DNA of 64,000 nt from Alphaproteobacteria bacterium (lineage in GTDB: Bacteria; Pseudomonadota; Alphaproteobacteria; JAGOMX01): assembly GCA_041738135.1 (NCBI GenBank), contig JBGSQK010000071.1, forward strand, positions 9,818 to 73,817, written 5' to 3'. A program made the position numbers and the translations under genes. The notes under the pieces were generated by a model. The model made no database searches. It worked only from the letters and a program-made list of their open reading frames with translations, and was not told the origin of the DNA. Below, one piece after another: positions 47,950-55,183 of this stretch. Every line of letters begins with the position of its first letter. The first letter of the stretch is position 1.

Positions 47950-47995
47950 AACAAATAATTACTATGCCTTTAGGGGCGTTACGAGAGGAAAAAGA

Positions 47996-48832
47996 ATGTC
48001 CAATATGACCAACACCAAGGCTTTTGTCATTGTACTAGGCAATGAAAAAGGCGGCACCGGAAAATCCACCTTATCCATGCACATTTTAGTGCATCTGCTA
48101 CGCATGGGATTTAAGGTGGGCAGCATCGATGTGGATGCTCGCCAAGGAACCTTCAGCAGATACCTAGAAAACCGTGAAGCATACAGCAAAAACAACAAGC
48201 TTAATTTGTTGATGCCAACTCATTTAGCACTCAACCGCAGCATGCTGGACAATCGTCTGGAAGCGGAAGCCGAAGACAGGCAACATATGGAAGAAGCATT
48301 CAAAAACCTACAAGATTACGATTTCATCGTTATCGATACACCAGGTAATGATACTTACTTGTCAAGACTATCTCATTCCTATGCCAACGTGATCATCACG
48401 CCTGTGAATGATAGCTTTATCGATCTAGATGTACTCATGAAGATCAAAGATCTGGAAAACAACCTGATCTCACCAAGCCATTATTCAGAAATGGTGTGGA
48501 ATCAGAAGAAAGAACGTCTCATCCGTGACAAGGTCACCATCGATTGGATCGTGATTCGTAACCGTTTGAGCAACCTAGCTTCGAAAAATAAAGAAGAAAT
48601 GTGGCGCGTCCTACAACTATTGTCAAAGCGTATCGGCTTCAGGGTTGGCGAAGGCTTTGCCGAACGCGTCATTTTCCGTGAGCTATTCTTGTCAGGTATG
48701 ACTGTACTAGATCTGGAAGATACGGGGCAATCCTTGACGCTCTCTCATGTGGCTGCTCGTCAAGAATTACGGAGCCTGTTGAACATGCTGAACCTACCGC
48801 AGCTAGAAGACCGCCTGCAGCAGGCGAGCTAG
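47996..48832 (+). CDS. mipZ: division-plane positioning ATPase MipZ (ParA superfamily)
   Basis: 278 aa. AFVIVLGNEKGGTGKSTLSMHILVHLLRMGFKVGSIDVDARQGTFSRYLENR closely follows the Caulobacter MipZ N-terminus as I recall it. Confidence 0.85.
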   Translation: MSNMTNTKAFVIVLGNEKGGTGKSTLSMHILVHLLRMGFKVGSIDVDARQGTFSRYLENREAYSKNNKLNLLMPTHLALNRSMLDNRLEAEAEDRQHMEEAFKNLQDYDFIVIDTPGNDTYLSRLSHSYANVIITPVNDSFIDLDVLMKIKDLENNLISPSHYSEMVWNQKKERLIRDKVTIDWIVIRNRLSNLASKNKEEMWRVLQLLSKRIGFRVGEGFAERVIFRELFLSGMTVLDLEDTGQSLTLSHVAARQELRSLLNMLNLPQLEDRLQQAS

Positions 48833-48833
48833 C

Positions 48834-49280
48834 ATGATAATAGCGATACTATTTGGTCTCGCAATTGCACTCCTACTGTTGCGCTGGTTTTTACGGGCAG
48901 ACCCTGCTGTCCTCGCCAGCGCACTTAGACGCAGCGCCATCATACTATTAGTGCTGGTCATAGCCTTTCTATTATTCACAGAACGACTCAATTTCATATT
49001 TCCAACGATGCTTTTCCTCATACCCTTACTTTTACCGACTCTATTGAAGTTTTTAGGGAACGATGCGATTAACGAAAACCCATTTAATAAATCCTCCAAA
49101 ATGACCATCGAGGAAGCCTATGAGATTCTAGATCTGGAACCAGGTGCGAACCGAAAAGAAATACAAGAAGCCCACAAAAGGTTGATGAAAAAAGTCCATC
49201 CCGATACGGGAGGATCAAACTATATGGCGCAGAAATTAAATGAGGCGAAGGATTTGTTACTTGCTAAGAAAGCCAGGTAA
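48834..49280 (+). CDS. membrane-anchored J-domain protein (Tim14/Pam18-like, DjlA-type C-terminus)
   Basis: 148 aa. Two or three N-terminal TM segments, C-terminal J-domain EEAYEILDLEPGANRKEIQEAHKRLMKKVHPDTGGS. Start is 1 nt after the mipZ stop. Confidence 0.75.
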   Translation: MIIAILFGLAIALLLLRWFLRADPAVLASALRRSAIILLVLVIAFLLFTERLNFIFPTMLFLIPLLLPTLLKFLGNDAINENPFNKSSKMTIEEAYEILDLEPGANRKEIQEAHKRLMKKVHPDTGGSNYMAQKLNEAKDLLLAKKAR

Positions 49281-49342
49281 TTGAGTACGGGGGATAACGA
49301 GTCTGGTTCACTACTAAAGCCAATCATTAATTCTGCCCCCCG

Positions 49343-49464
49343 GTGTCATCCCCGCGGAGGCGGGGATCCAGCACAAGAAGTGGAGTGAAGCGACTCAAAA
49401 TAGTCTATATAGCAGCAGCGACGCTGCACATTTGCGCTGGATTCCCGCCTTCGCGGGAATGACA
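49343..49464. repeat. palindromic MITE/REP-like element, family B copy 3
   Basis: GTGTCATCCCCGCGGAGGCGGGGATCCAGC ... GCTGGATTCCCGCCTTCGCGGGAATGACA. Flanked by AATTCTGCCCCC / GGGGTGCAGAATT. Confidence 0.88.
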
Positions 49465-49509
49465 AATGGGGTGCAGAATTAATGAATTAACATACTACCC
49501 CCACGAAAA

Positions 49510-49710
49510 TCACATCATACCGCTTGTAACTATAATTATGTACAGAGCGGATGCACCGATCAGGATATATACAACTTTTGTCGCAAAGCTGCCCTCACCA
49601 AAGACTCTGGCGATGACATTCATGTCAAATACGCCAATCATTCCCCAGTTGAGAGCACCAATAAAGACGAGCAATCTCGCTAAAACGCCGATTAGATAAA
49701 GAATTTCCAT
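49510..49710 (-). CDS. DUF378 family small membrane protein (paralog 1)
   Basis: 66 aa. GALNWGMIGVFDMNVIARVFGEGSFATKVVYILIGASALY. Confidence 0.8.
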   Translation of the reverse strand: MEILYLIGVLARLLVFIGALNWGMIGVFDMNVIARVFGEGSFATKVVYILIGASALYIIIVTSGMM

Positions 49711-49735
49711 AGAGCACCTATAGTTATCGTTGTTG

Positions 49736-49753
49736 ATGCAATTAAATGCGCAT
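49736..49753. promoter_or_regulatory. degenerate copy of the 18-bp palindrome upstream of DUF378 paralog 1
   Basis: ATGCAATTAAATGCGCAT, 25 nt upstream of the start. 13/18 identical to the copies at 50182 and 50636. Confidence 0.35.
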
Positions 49754-49955
49754 AGTGGATACTAGCAAATTAAAATACATATAACAAGTTAGCATAATTC
49801 GTTATAGAATTCATTGAGATAAGACGGCTCCTGGGCGGGTTATCAGGAATGGTGCAAAGCACCTAGCAATAACCCTGCCCCCTACAAGTAATACTTATTT
49901 CACTTGAACCTCGCCATAAGAACGAGAGCAAGCGTTTCGTAAGAAAAAAAGCCCC

Positions 49956-50156
49956 TTACAGGACTTTGAGCAAAACTAGCAGCATCTCCAAGCCAGCCAG
50001 TCCGACTAGAACGTAGATTATCCTTGCTAGAACACTTCCCTCACCAAAGATACTTGCCACCAGGTCCAAGCCGAACAATCCGACTAGCCCCCAGTTAATA
50101 GCGCCTATAATGACGAGAACAGTAGCAACTGTAGTAAGTATTACGTGAAATTCCAT
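49956..50156 (-). CDS. DUF378 family small membrane protein (paralog 2)
   Basis: ATG at 50156 (MEFHVILTT...). GAINWGLVGLFGLDLVASIFGEGSVLARIIYVLVGLAGL. Confidence 0.8.
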   Translation of the reverse strand: MEFHVILTTVATVLVIIGAINWGLVGLFGLDLVASIFGEGSVLARIIYVLVGLAGLEMLLVLLKVL

Positions 50157-50181
50157 AATATCACCTATAGTTTCACATGTA

Positions 50182-50199
50182 ATGCACACCATTGTGCAT
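50182..50199. promoter_or_regulatory. 18-bp palindrome (candidate operator or 5' stem-loop) upstream of DUF378 paralog 2
   Basis: ATGCACACCATTGTGCAT, 25 nt upstream of the start. A further half-site copy GCACAATGGTGT lies at 50211..50222. Confidence 0.5.
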
Positions 50200-50359
50200 A
50201 ATTTATATTAGCACAATGGTGTAGTTTTTACAATAATTTGCATCACTTAATACCACTTTTTGTCAATTTTAATTCTATTTTAACCATTTTCAAGCAGCTT
50301 GTTAACATAATATTAATTTTAAGTTAACTAATAGCATTTTATCTACTTGTTCTCGATTA

Positions 50360-50608
50360 TTATTTAGCATTAATCTTCAGAGAAAATACTTCATGCTCCA
50401 CAGGAGCACCCATAAAGCCAAGCCACAGCAAGCCTATATACAGAGCTGCAAGACCTACGAGCACATAAACAACTCGTGAAAGCACTGTGCCGGGTCCGAA
50501 GATTCTAGCAACCAAGTCTAAACCAATAAGACCTACCAGTAGCCAGTTTAACCCACCTACCACCAATAGTACTTTGGCAGCGTTCAGAAGAAATAGATTG
50601 ATATCCAT
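50360..50608 (-). CDS. DUF378 family small membrane protein (paralog 3)
   Basis: 82 aa. GGLNWLLVGLIGLDLVARIFGPGTVLSRVVYVLVGLAALY plus a short C-terminal extension. Confidence 0.8.
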   Translation of the reverse strand: MDINLFLLNAAKVLLVVGGLNWLLVGLIGLDLVARIFGPGTVLSRVVYVLVGLAALYIGLLWLGFMGAPVEHEVFSLKINAK

Positions 50609-50635
50609 AATTACACCTTATCTTATAGTTGTTTA

Positions 50636-50653
50636 ATGCACACAATTGTGCAT
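50636..50653. promoter_or_regulatory. 18-bp palindrome (candidate operator or 5' stem-loop) upstream of DUF378 paralog 3
   Basis: ATGCACACAATTGTGCAT, 27 nt upstream of the start. On the coding strand it is immediately preceded by TAGTATAATAAAAT (a -10-like TATAAT). Confidence 0.5.
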
Positions 50654-50777
50654 ATTTTATTATACTATATTTTCATAAGATATGGGTGAGATTTTAATTT
50701 GTTACTCAAGTTAAGAAATACTTGATACATCAGCAATGACGGGTGCATTTTATTGCCTGAGCAATAGGAACAATGGA

Positions 50778-50832
50778 GAAAAGCCTTCCAATGCCTTGCC
50801 GGCTCAAGGCCGGGGAGACACGGGAAGGCTGT
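50778..50832 (-). terminator. hairpin/terminator downstream of the cold-shock gene, built from a solo family E arm
   Basis: The minus strand reads AGCCTTCCCGTGTCTCCCCGGCCTTGAGCCGGCAAGGCATTGGAAGGCTTTT. The outer stem AGCCTTCC/GGAAGGCT is followed by TTTT. Confidence 0.5.
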
Positions 50833-50847
50833 AATTTTTTGAAATAC

Positions 50848-51432
50848 TTAATAAGGAAATGATTCCCGTTCGAAGCCTGCTTGCTCAGTGTTGTTTTTCA
50901 TAACACTCACCGACCATGCTTGTGGGCCTTGATCCGTGAAGGCTACTTGCATACGAACTCTGTCGCCTGGTTGCAGCTTTTCCATACCGTGCCTGCGAAG
51001 GACACTGGAATGAACAAAAATTTCACGATCCGTACCTTCTGGCATAATAAAGCCAAAACCACGAATGGCGTTGAACCACTTCACGATACCGTACATTTCT
51101 TGAAGGGAGCGATTGGGGACTGAACTGGGGCCTCGGGCGTCAAATCCTTCGACTTTATTTCTGACTTCTAGGATTTCACGAACTTGCCGACCGGCTTGTC
51201 CGTCACATATTTTGCAGAGTAACTCGGTGCCCGCACCTAAGTGCTGAAAACCTGCCGCATCGACCACTGAGAAATGAAGGAAGATATCTTCGGAACTCAC
51301 TTTGGGAATAACAAAACCAAATCCTTTTACTGGATTAAACCACTTTACAATACACTCGATAGTCTCACAATTTAGACCTTCTGTATCGTTATCAAAGTTC
51401 GGCGGGTAAACTACTTCACCTGCGTAATTCAT
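50848..51432 (-). CDS. tandem cold-shock-domain protein (two CSDs)
   Basis: 194 aa. VKWFNPVKGFGFVIP and VKWFNAIRGFGFIMP, each followed by an FVH-type motif. Two-CSD proteins are common in alphaproteobacteria. Confidence 0.88.
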   Translation of the reverse strand: MNYAGEVVYPPNFDNDTEGLNCETIECIVKWFNPVKGFGFVIPKVSSEDIFLHFSVVDAAGFQHLGAGTELLCKICDGQAGRQVREILEVRNKVEGFDARGPSSVPNRSLQEMYGIVKWFNAIRGFGFIMPEGTDREIFVHSSVLRRHGMEKLQPGDRVRMQVAFTDQGPQAWSVSVMKNNTEQAGFERESFPY

Positions 51433-51663
51433 CCTTCTCTCCGTCTACTATATGACCAATGCCTTATCTTCATAATACTTTACTCCTATAAACATCGTAC
51501 TAATTTAAATCATCTATAACAGCAGTTATTTTTGATAAATTACTGCTTTTACAATTACTTATTAACTTGACACTATATTGCACTGACTAAGTCATTCTGT
51601 CAAATATTATTTCGCCTTGGAGTCATACTTTTTTGATATGACAGAGCCAAATGCCACAGCCAA

Positions 51664-53046
51664 TTACGCGCTTTTTTCTAATACTTTTGCCCTCTGCGTC
51701 CATGTGAGCGCAAAGAAAAATAGTCCTAGCAATGCACTGGCTATGAAAAACATAAATCCACCAGACCAACCCCATATGTCAGCAATTTTACCAATACCCG
51801 CAGCACCGAAAATTCCACCTGCGTAACCAAATGCGCCAGTCAAACCTGTTGCCGTACCAGCAGCTTTCTTAGATGCAAATTCAGCAGCTGCCACTCCCAC
51901 TAAAACCTGCGGTCCATAAATTAAAAAGCCCACTCCAAAAAGAAGGATCGTATCCAGCCACATGTATCCCCCAGGCGCCTTCCAAAAACAAAACAAAGCC
52001 AAAGTCAATACGGCCATATAAATGCAACTGACAGGCCCTCTGCGCCCCTTAAAAACCACATCTGATAACCAGCCGGCTAACAGCCCACCACACAACCCAG
52101 CAATTTCAAAGCCAGCTGTTTGATATCCTGACTCAATCAGGGAACTGCCTTTCATTTTTTGCATAAAGGTAGGAGCCCAGGTAAATGCGCCCAATCGCAC
52201 AACATATAAGAACAAATTGGCTAAACTAACAAACCAAACAATCTTGTTAGTAAAAACCCGCAGCAAAATTTCTTTGGTACCCATATGATCTTCTTCGTTG
52301 GCGTCATCTTTATGAACCAAATTCTTATACACTTCCACAGGAGGAAGACCGAGCGATTGAGGGATATCACGCAATCGGTTAAACAACAAAACGGAAACGC
52401 CCAACGATAGAATTGCTGGAAAGAAAAAAGCTGACTGCCAGCCAAAGTATGATATTAAATATGTTGATGCAAGAAAAGTAATTGCCCCACCAATGGGTTG
52501 CGAACAATTCCATATGGCCCATTTAGTTGCGAGCTCTGGTGAACTAAACCAATGCGTTAACAAACGGGCTACAGGTGGCCAGCCCATAGACTGAAACCAG
52601 CCATTTATTGCCCAACACACGTATAAAAACGTCAAACTTTCGCCATACCCCATAAAAAGATTGACTATAGCGGACCCCACGAGCCCTATAGTCATTATAT
52701 AGCGAGGATTAGAACGATCGCAAATATAACCATTAATGAGTTTACCGAATGCGTATACGGCACAAAAAATTGATGTAGTCATGCCAAGTTCGTAATAACT
52801 GTGCCCAAACTCCAACTGTAGAGTCGGAATAACAGCACTGTAATTCAAGCGAATCAGATAAAATGTAGCGTAACCAAACATGGTAGCAAACAGGATGCGA
52901 AAACGCCAATAAGCATAAAGCGAGACTTCCGCTTTATCCATACCACCGTTCATTGAACATAACTCAAGAGTATCCTGTCCCGCGATTATAGGATTAATAT
53001 CAGCATCTAATTTCTTAGCAAGATGTGGCAATACCCTTCTCCTCAT
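51664..53046 (-). CDS. MFS organophosphate:phosphate antiporter (GlpT/UhpT/UhpC family)
   Basis: 460 aa, 12 TM helices. FGYATFYLIRLNYSAVIP and ICDRSNPRYIMTIGL parallel E. coli GlpT FGYAAYYLVRKNFALAMP / VSDRSNPRVFLPAGL. True start may be an internal Met. Confidence 0.85.
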   Translation of the reverse strand: MRRRVLPHLAKKLDADINPIIAGQDTLELCSMNGGMDKAEVSLYAYWRFRILFATMFGYATFYLIRLNYSAVIPTLQLEFGHSYYELGMTTSIFCAVYAFGKLINGYICDRSNPRYIMTIGLVGSAIVNLFMGYGESLTFLYVCWAINGWFQSMGWPPVARLLTHWFSSPELATKWAIWNCSQPIGGAITFLASTYLISYFGWQSAFFFPAILSLGVSVLLFNRLRDIPQSLGLPPVEVYKNLVHKDDANEEDHMGTKEILLRVFTNKIVWFVSLANLFLYVVRLGAFTWAPTFMQKMKGSSLIESGYQTAGFEIAGLCGGLLAGWLSDVVFKGRRGPVSCIYMAVLTLALFCFWKAPGGYMWLDTILLFGVGFLIYGPQVLVGVAAAEFASKKAAGTATGLTGAFGYAGGIFGAAGIGKIADIWGWSGGFMFFIASALLGLFFFALTWTQRAKVLEKSA

Positions 53047-53165
53047 AATTAAAGATGTTACAGGTTATCAAAAAAAATGCTCATAGCAAATCAGTTTTAT
53101 CAATGTCGGATTTACTCAACCGATTGGTTGTGCTATCACAAAGAAAGGCAAATGACGAGAAAAAA

Positions 53166-54188
53166 ATGTACTCAATAAAATATACAAACATCGATTATGG
53201 TCAATTTCCCAACACAAGACTGCGCCGCAATCGCACGTCCCAATGGCTCAGAAGGATGGTTGCTGAAACCGTATTGTCCGTTGATGACCTCATTCTTCCC
53301 ATGTTTGTTCGAGATAAACATTCGTCTTCAGATATACTTTCTATGCCAGGAGTCAAACGTTACAGTTCAGACGAAATCATAGATTTTGTTGGACAAGCCC
53401 ATGATGTAAAAATCCCAGCCATCTGCCTATTCCCCTTCCATGAGAAGGAAAAACGTCATGATAACGTTCTCCAGATGCTGACCCCTGACAACATATATTG
53501 TGATGCCATCAGTAAAATTAAGAAAGCGTTCCCAGATATAGGTATAATAGCCGATGTGGCTTTGGATTGTTATACAAGCCATGGACAAGACGGCATTGTC
53601 CGAGACGGACGCATTGATAATGACGAAACCTTAGAAATCATCTCAGATTATGCGGTCGTTCTCGCTGAATCGGGCGCAGATATCATCGCCCCATCGGAAA
53701 TGATGGACGGCCGGGTAAGCGCCATCAGGCATAAGCTGGACCAGAATGGTTTTCAGGACGTTGCCATCATGTCCTATGCTGCAAAGTATGCCTCAAATTT
53801 TTATGGCCCTTTCCGGGATGCAGTGGGCTCGAAAACGTGTCTTGCCAAAGCCGATAAGCTAACCTATCAATTAGACTTCCGAAATGCTCAGGAAGCCCTG
53901 CGCGAAGTAGCTCTAGACATTCAGGAAAGCGCTGACATGGTAATGGTGAAGCCTGGCCTACCCTATCTGGACATCGTTAAATCCGTCAAAGATACCTTTG
54001 GTGTCCCCACATTTGTTTATCAGGTCAGCGGCGAATACGCCATGCTCAAGGCTGCCGCCCAAAATGGCTGGCTCGACTTTGATAAATGTCTACATGAAAC
54101 ATTAGTTGCTTGTAAACGAGCCGGCGCTGATGGCATACTAACATACGGGGCAATTGAGGCTGCAGAAATAATCAAGAAAGGCCTGTAA
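53166..54188 (+). CDS. hemB: porphobilinogen synthase (delta-aminolevulinate dehydratase)
   Basis: Start MYSIKY at 53166. RLRRNR, DVALDCYTSHGQDG, active-site region MVKPG and YQVSGEYAM. Confidence 0.92.
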   Translation: MYSIKYTNIDYGQFPNTRLRRNRTSQWLRRMVAETVLSVDDLILPMFVRDKHSSSDILSMPGVKRYSSDEIIDFVGQAHDVKIPAICLFPFHEKEKRHDNVLQMLTPDNIYCDAISKIKKAFPDIGIIADVALDCYTSHGQDGIVRDGRIDNDETLEIISDYAVVLAESGADIIAPSEMMDGRVSAIRHKLDQNGFQDVAIMSYAAKYASNFYGPFRDAVGSKTCLAKADKLTYQLDFRNAQEALREVALDIQESADMVMVKPGLPYLDIVKSVKDTFGVPTFVYQVSGEYAMLKAAAQNGWLDFDKCLHETLVACKRAGADGILTYGAIEAAEIIKKGL

Positions 54189-54191
54189 ATA

Positions 54192-54470
54192 ATGAGACAC
54201 CTTGCATTTCTAATTGTGACCTGTGGCTTGCTTTCTGCTTGCGTTGGCTCACAATTAACAGAAAGAGATGTGGACCTGGCAGCCCCCTATCCAAACCTCC
54301 ACAGCGTACCGGACAGACCTTGCCCAAAGAATTTCGTCAAGATCGATGCGGAACGTGAGGAATTTGAAAATAGTTACGAAACAGAAATAGATCTAAATGA
54401 CGCCATTCGCAGCAAATATAACGCGCCTGATCGGATAAGTCCGAAGGCAAAGAAAGGAAATGAAAAATGA
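54192..54470 (+). CDS. small lipoprotein
   Basis: 92 aa. Lipobox LLSAC. Confidence 0.5.
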   Translation: MRHLAFLIVTCGLLSACVGSQLTERDVDLAAPYPNLHSVPDRPCPKNFVKIDAEREEFENSYETEIDLNDAIRSKYNAPDRISPKAKKGNEK

Positions 54471-54880
54471 ACAAAGGCAAACAACCAAGTAATTCCACAA
54501 ATCAAAGTCCCATCGAGAATCCACAAGACTCAATGAAGAATGGCCTATTATTAGAAGAACGCAACTGGGGCATGCTGTGTCACCTATCCGCTTTCGCTGG
54601 TTATATAATCCCATTTGGCAACATTATTGGCCCCTTGATCATATGGCTCGCTAAAAACGAACAATACCCTTCCGTAGATGCGCAAGGCAGGGAAGCTATA
54701 AACTTCCAGATCAGTATGTCAATTTATTGCATATTGGCCGCTGTTTTAATGATCTTGCTTATCGGATTCATCCTGTTGCCACTCCTAATGATCTTAAATG
54801 TAATTTTTATCGTTGTGGCAGCCTTAAAAGCAAGAGATGGAATCGTCTATCGCTATCCTGTGTCCATACGGTTTTTGTGA
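54467..54880 (+). CDS. DUF4870 family membrane protein
   Basis: ERNWGMLCHLSAFAGYIIPFGNIIGPLIIWLAKNEQYPSVDAQGREAINFQISMSIY is the family's hallmark stretch. Confidence 0.7.
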   Translation: MNKGKQPSNSTNQSPIENPQDSMKNGLLLEERNWGMLCHLSAFAGYIIPFGNIIGPLIIWLAKNEQYPSVDAQGREAINFQISMSIYCILAAVLMILLIGFILLPLLMILNVIFIVVAALKARDGIVYRYPVSIRFL

Positions 54881-54923
54881 GCGAAATGTATTGCCATTTA
54901 GCTAGGGAAAATATTTGCCAAGA

Positions 54924-55055
54924 CCGTCATGGAGAGGAGCGCTAGCGACGTGCCATCCAGCAAATAATGTGCCGCTTGCGGCTCCAAAACTATGCAGAGC
55001 CGCAAGCGGCACATTATTTGCTGGATGGCACGCCCTGAAGGGCTCTCCATGACGG
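54924..55055. repeat. palindromic MITE-like element, family D
   Basis: CCGTCATGGAGAGGAGCG ... GGGCTCTCCATGACGG with a perfect 35-bp inner stem (GTGCCATCCAGCAAATAATGTGCCGCTTGCGGCTC / reverse complement). Confidence 0.85.
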
Positions 55056-55183
55056 GGAATTGGACTAGTGTTTTGTTAAATCTTATTGAACTAGAACTAC
55101 AATCACACCTTTTCACCCCACTTACTTTTTATTCATCTTTACCTCGTAGACTATTCTCCATAACATCGTCAGGGAGACACGTC

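Noticed and set aside
49833-49880. Long imperfect hairpin (GGGCGGGTTAT..ATAACCCTGCCC) between DUF378 paralogs 1 and 2, considered as an sRNA or further MITE family
   Set aside because: It is a single copy in the window, has no U-tract and shares no termini with the other families. It may simply be a terminator-like structure, and the evidence is insufficient.
6044-55055. Possibility that the recurring GC-rich repeats form a CRISPR array
   Set aside because: The copies are inverted, not direct, repeats. They are dispersed over 50 kb as single intergenic units, with no regular repeat-spacer periodicity and no cas genes.
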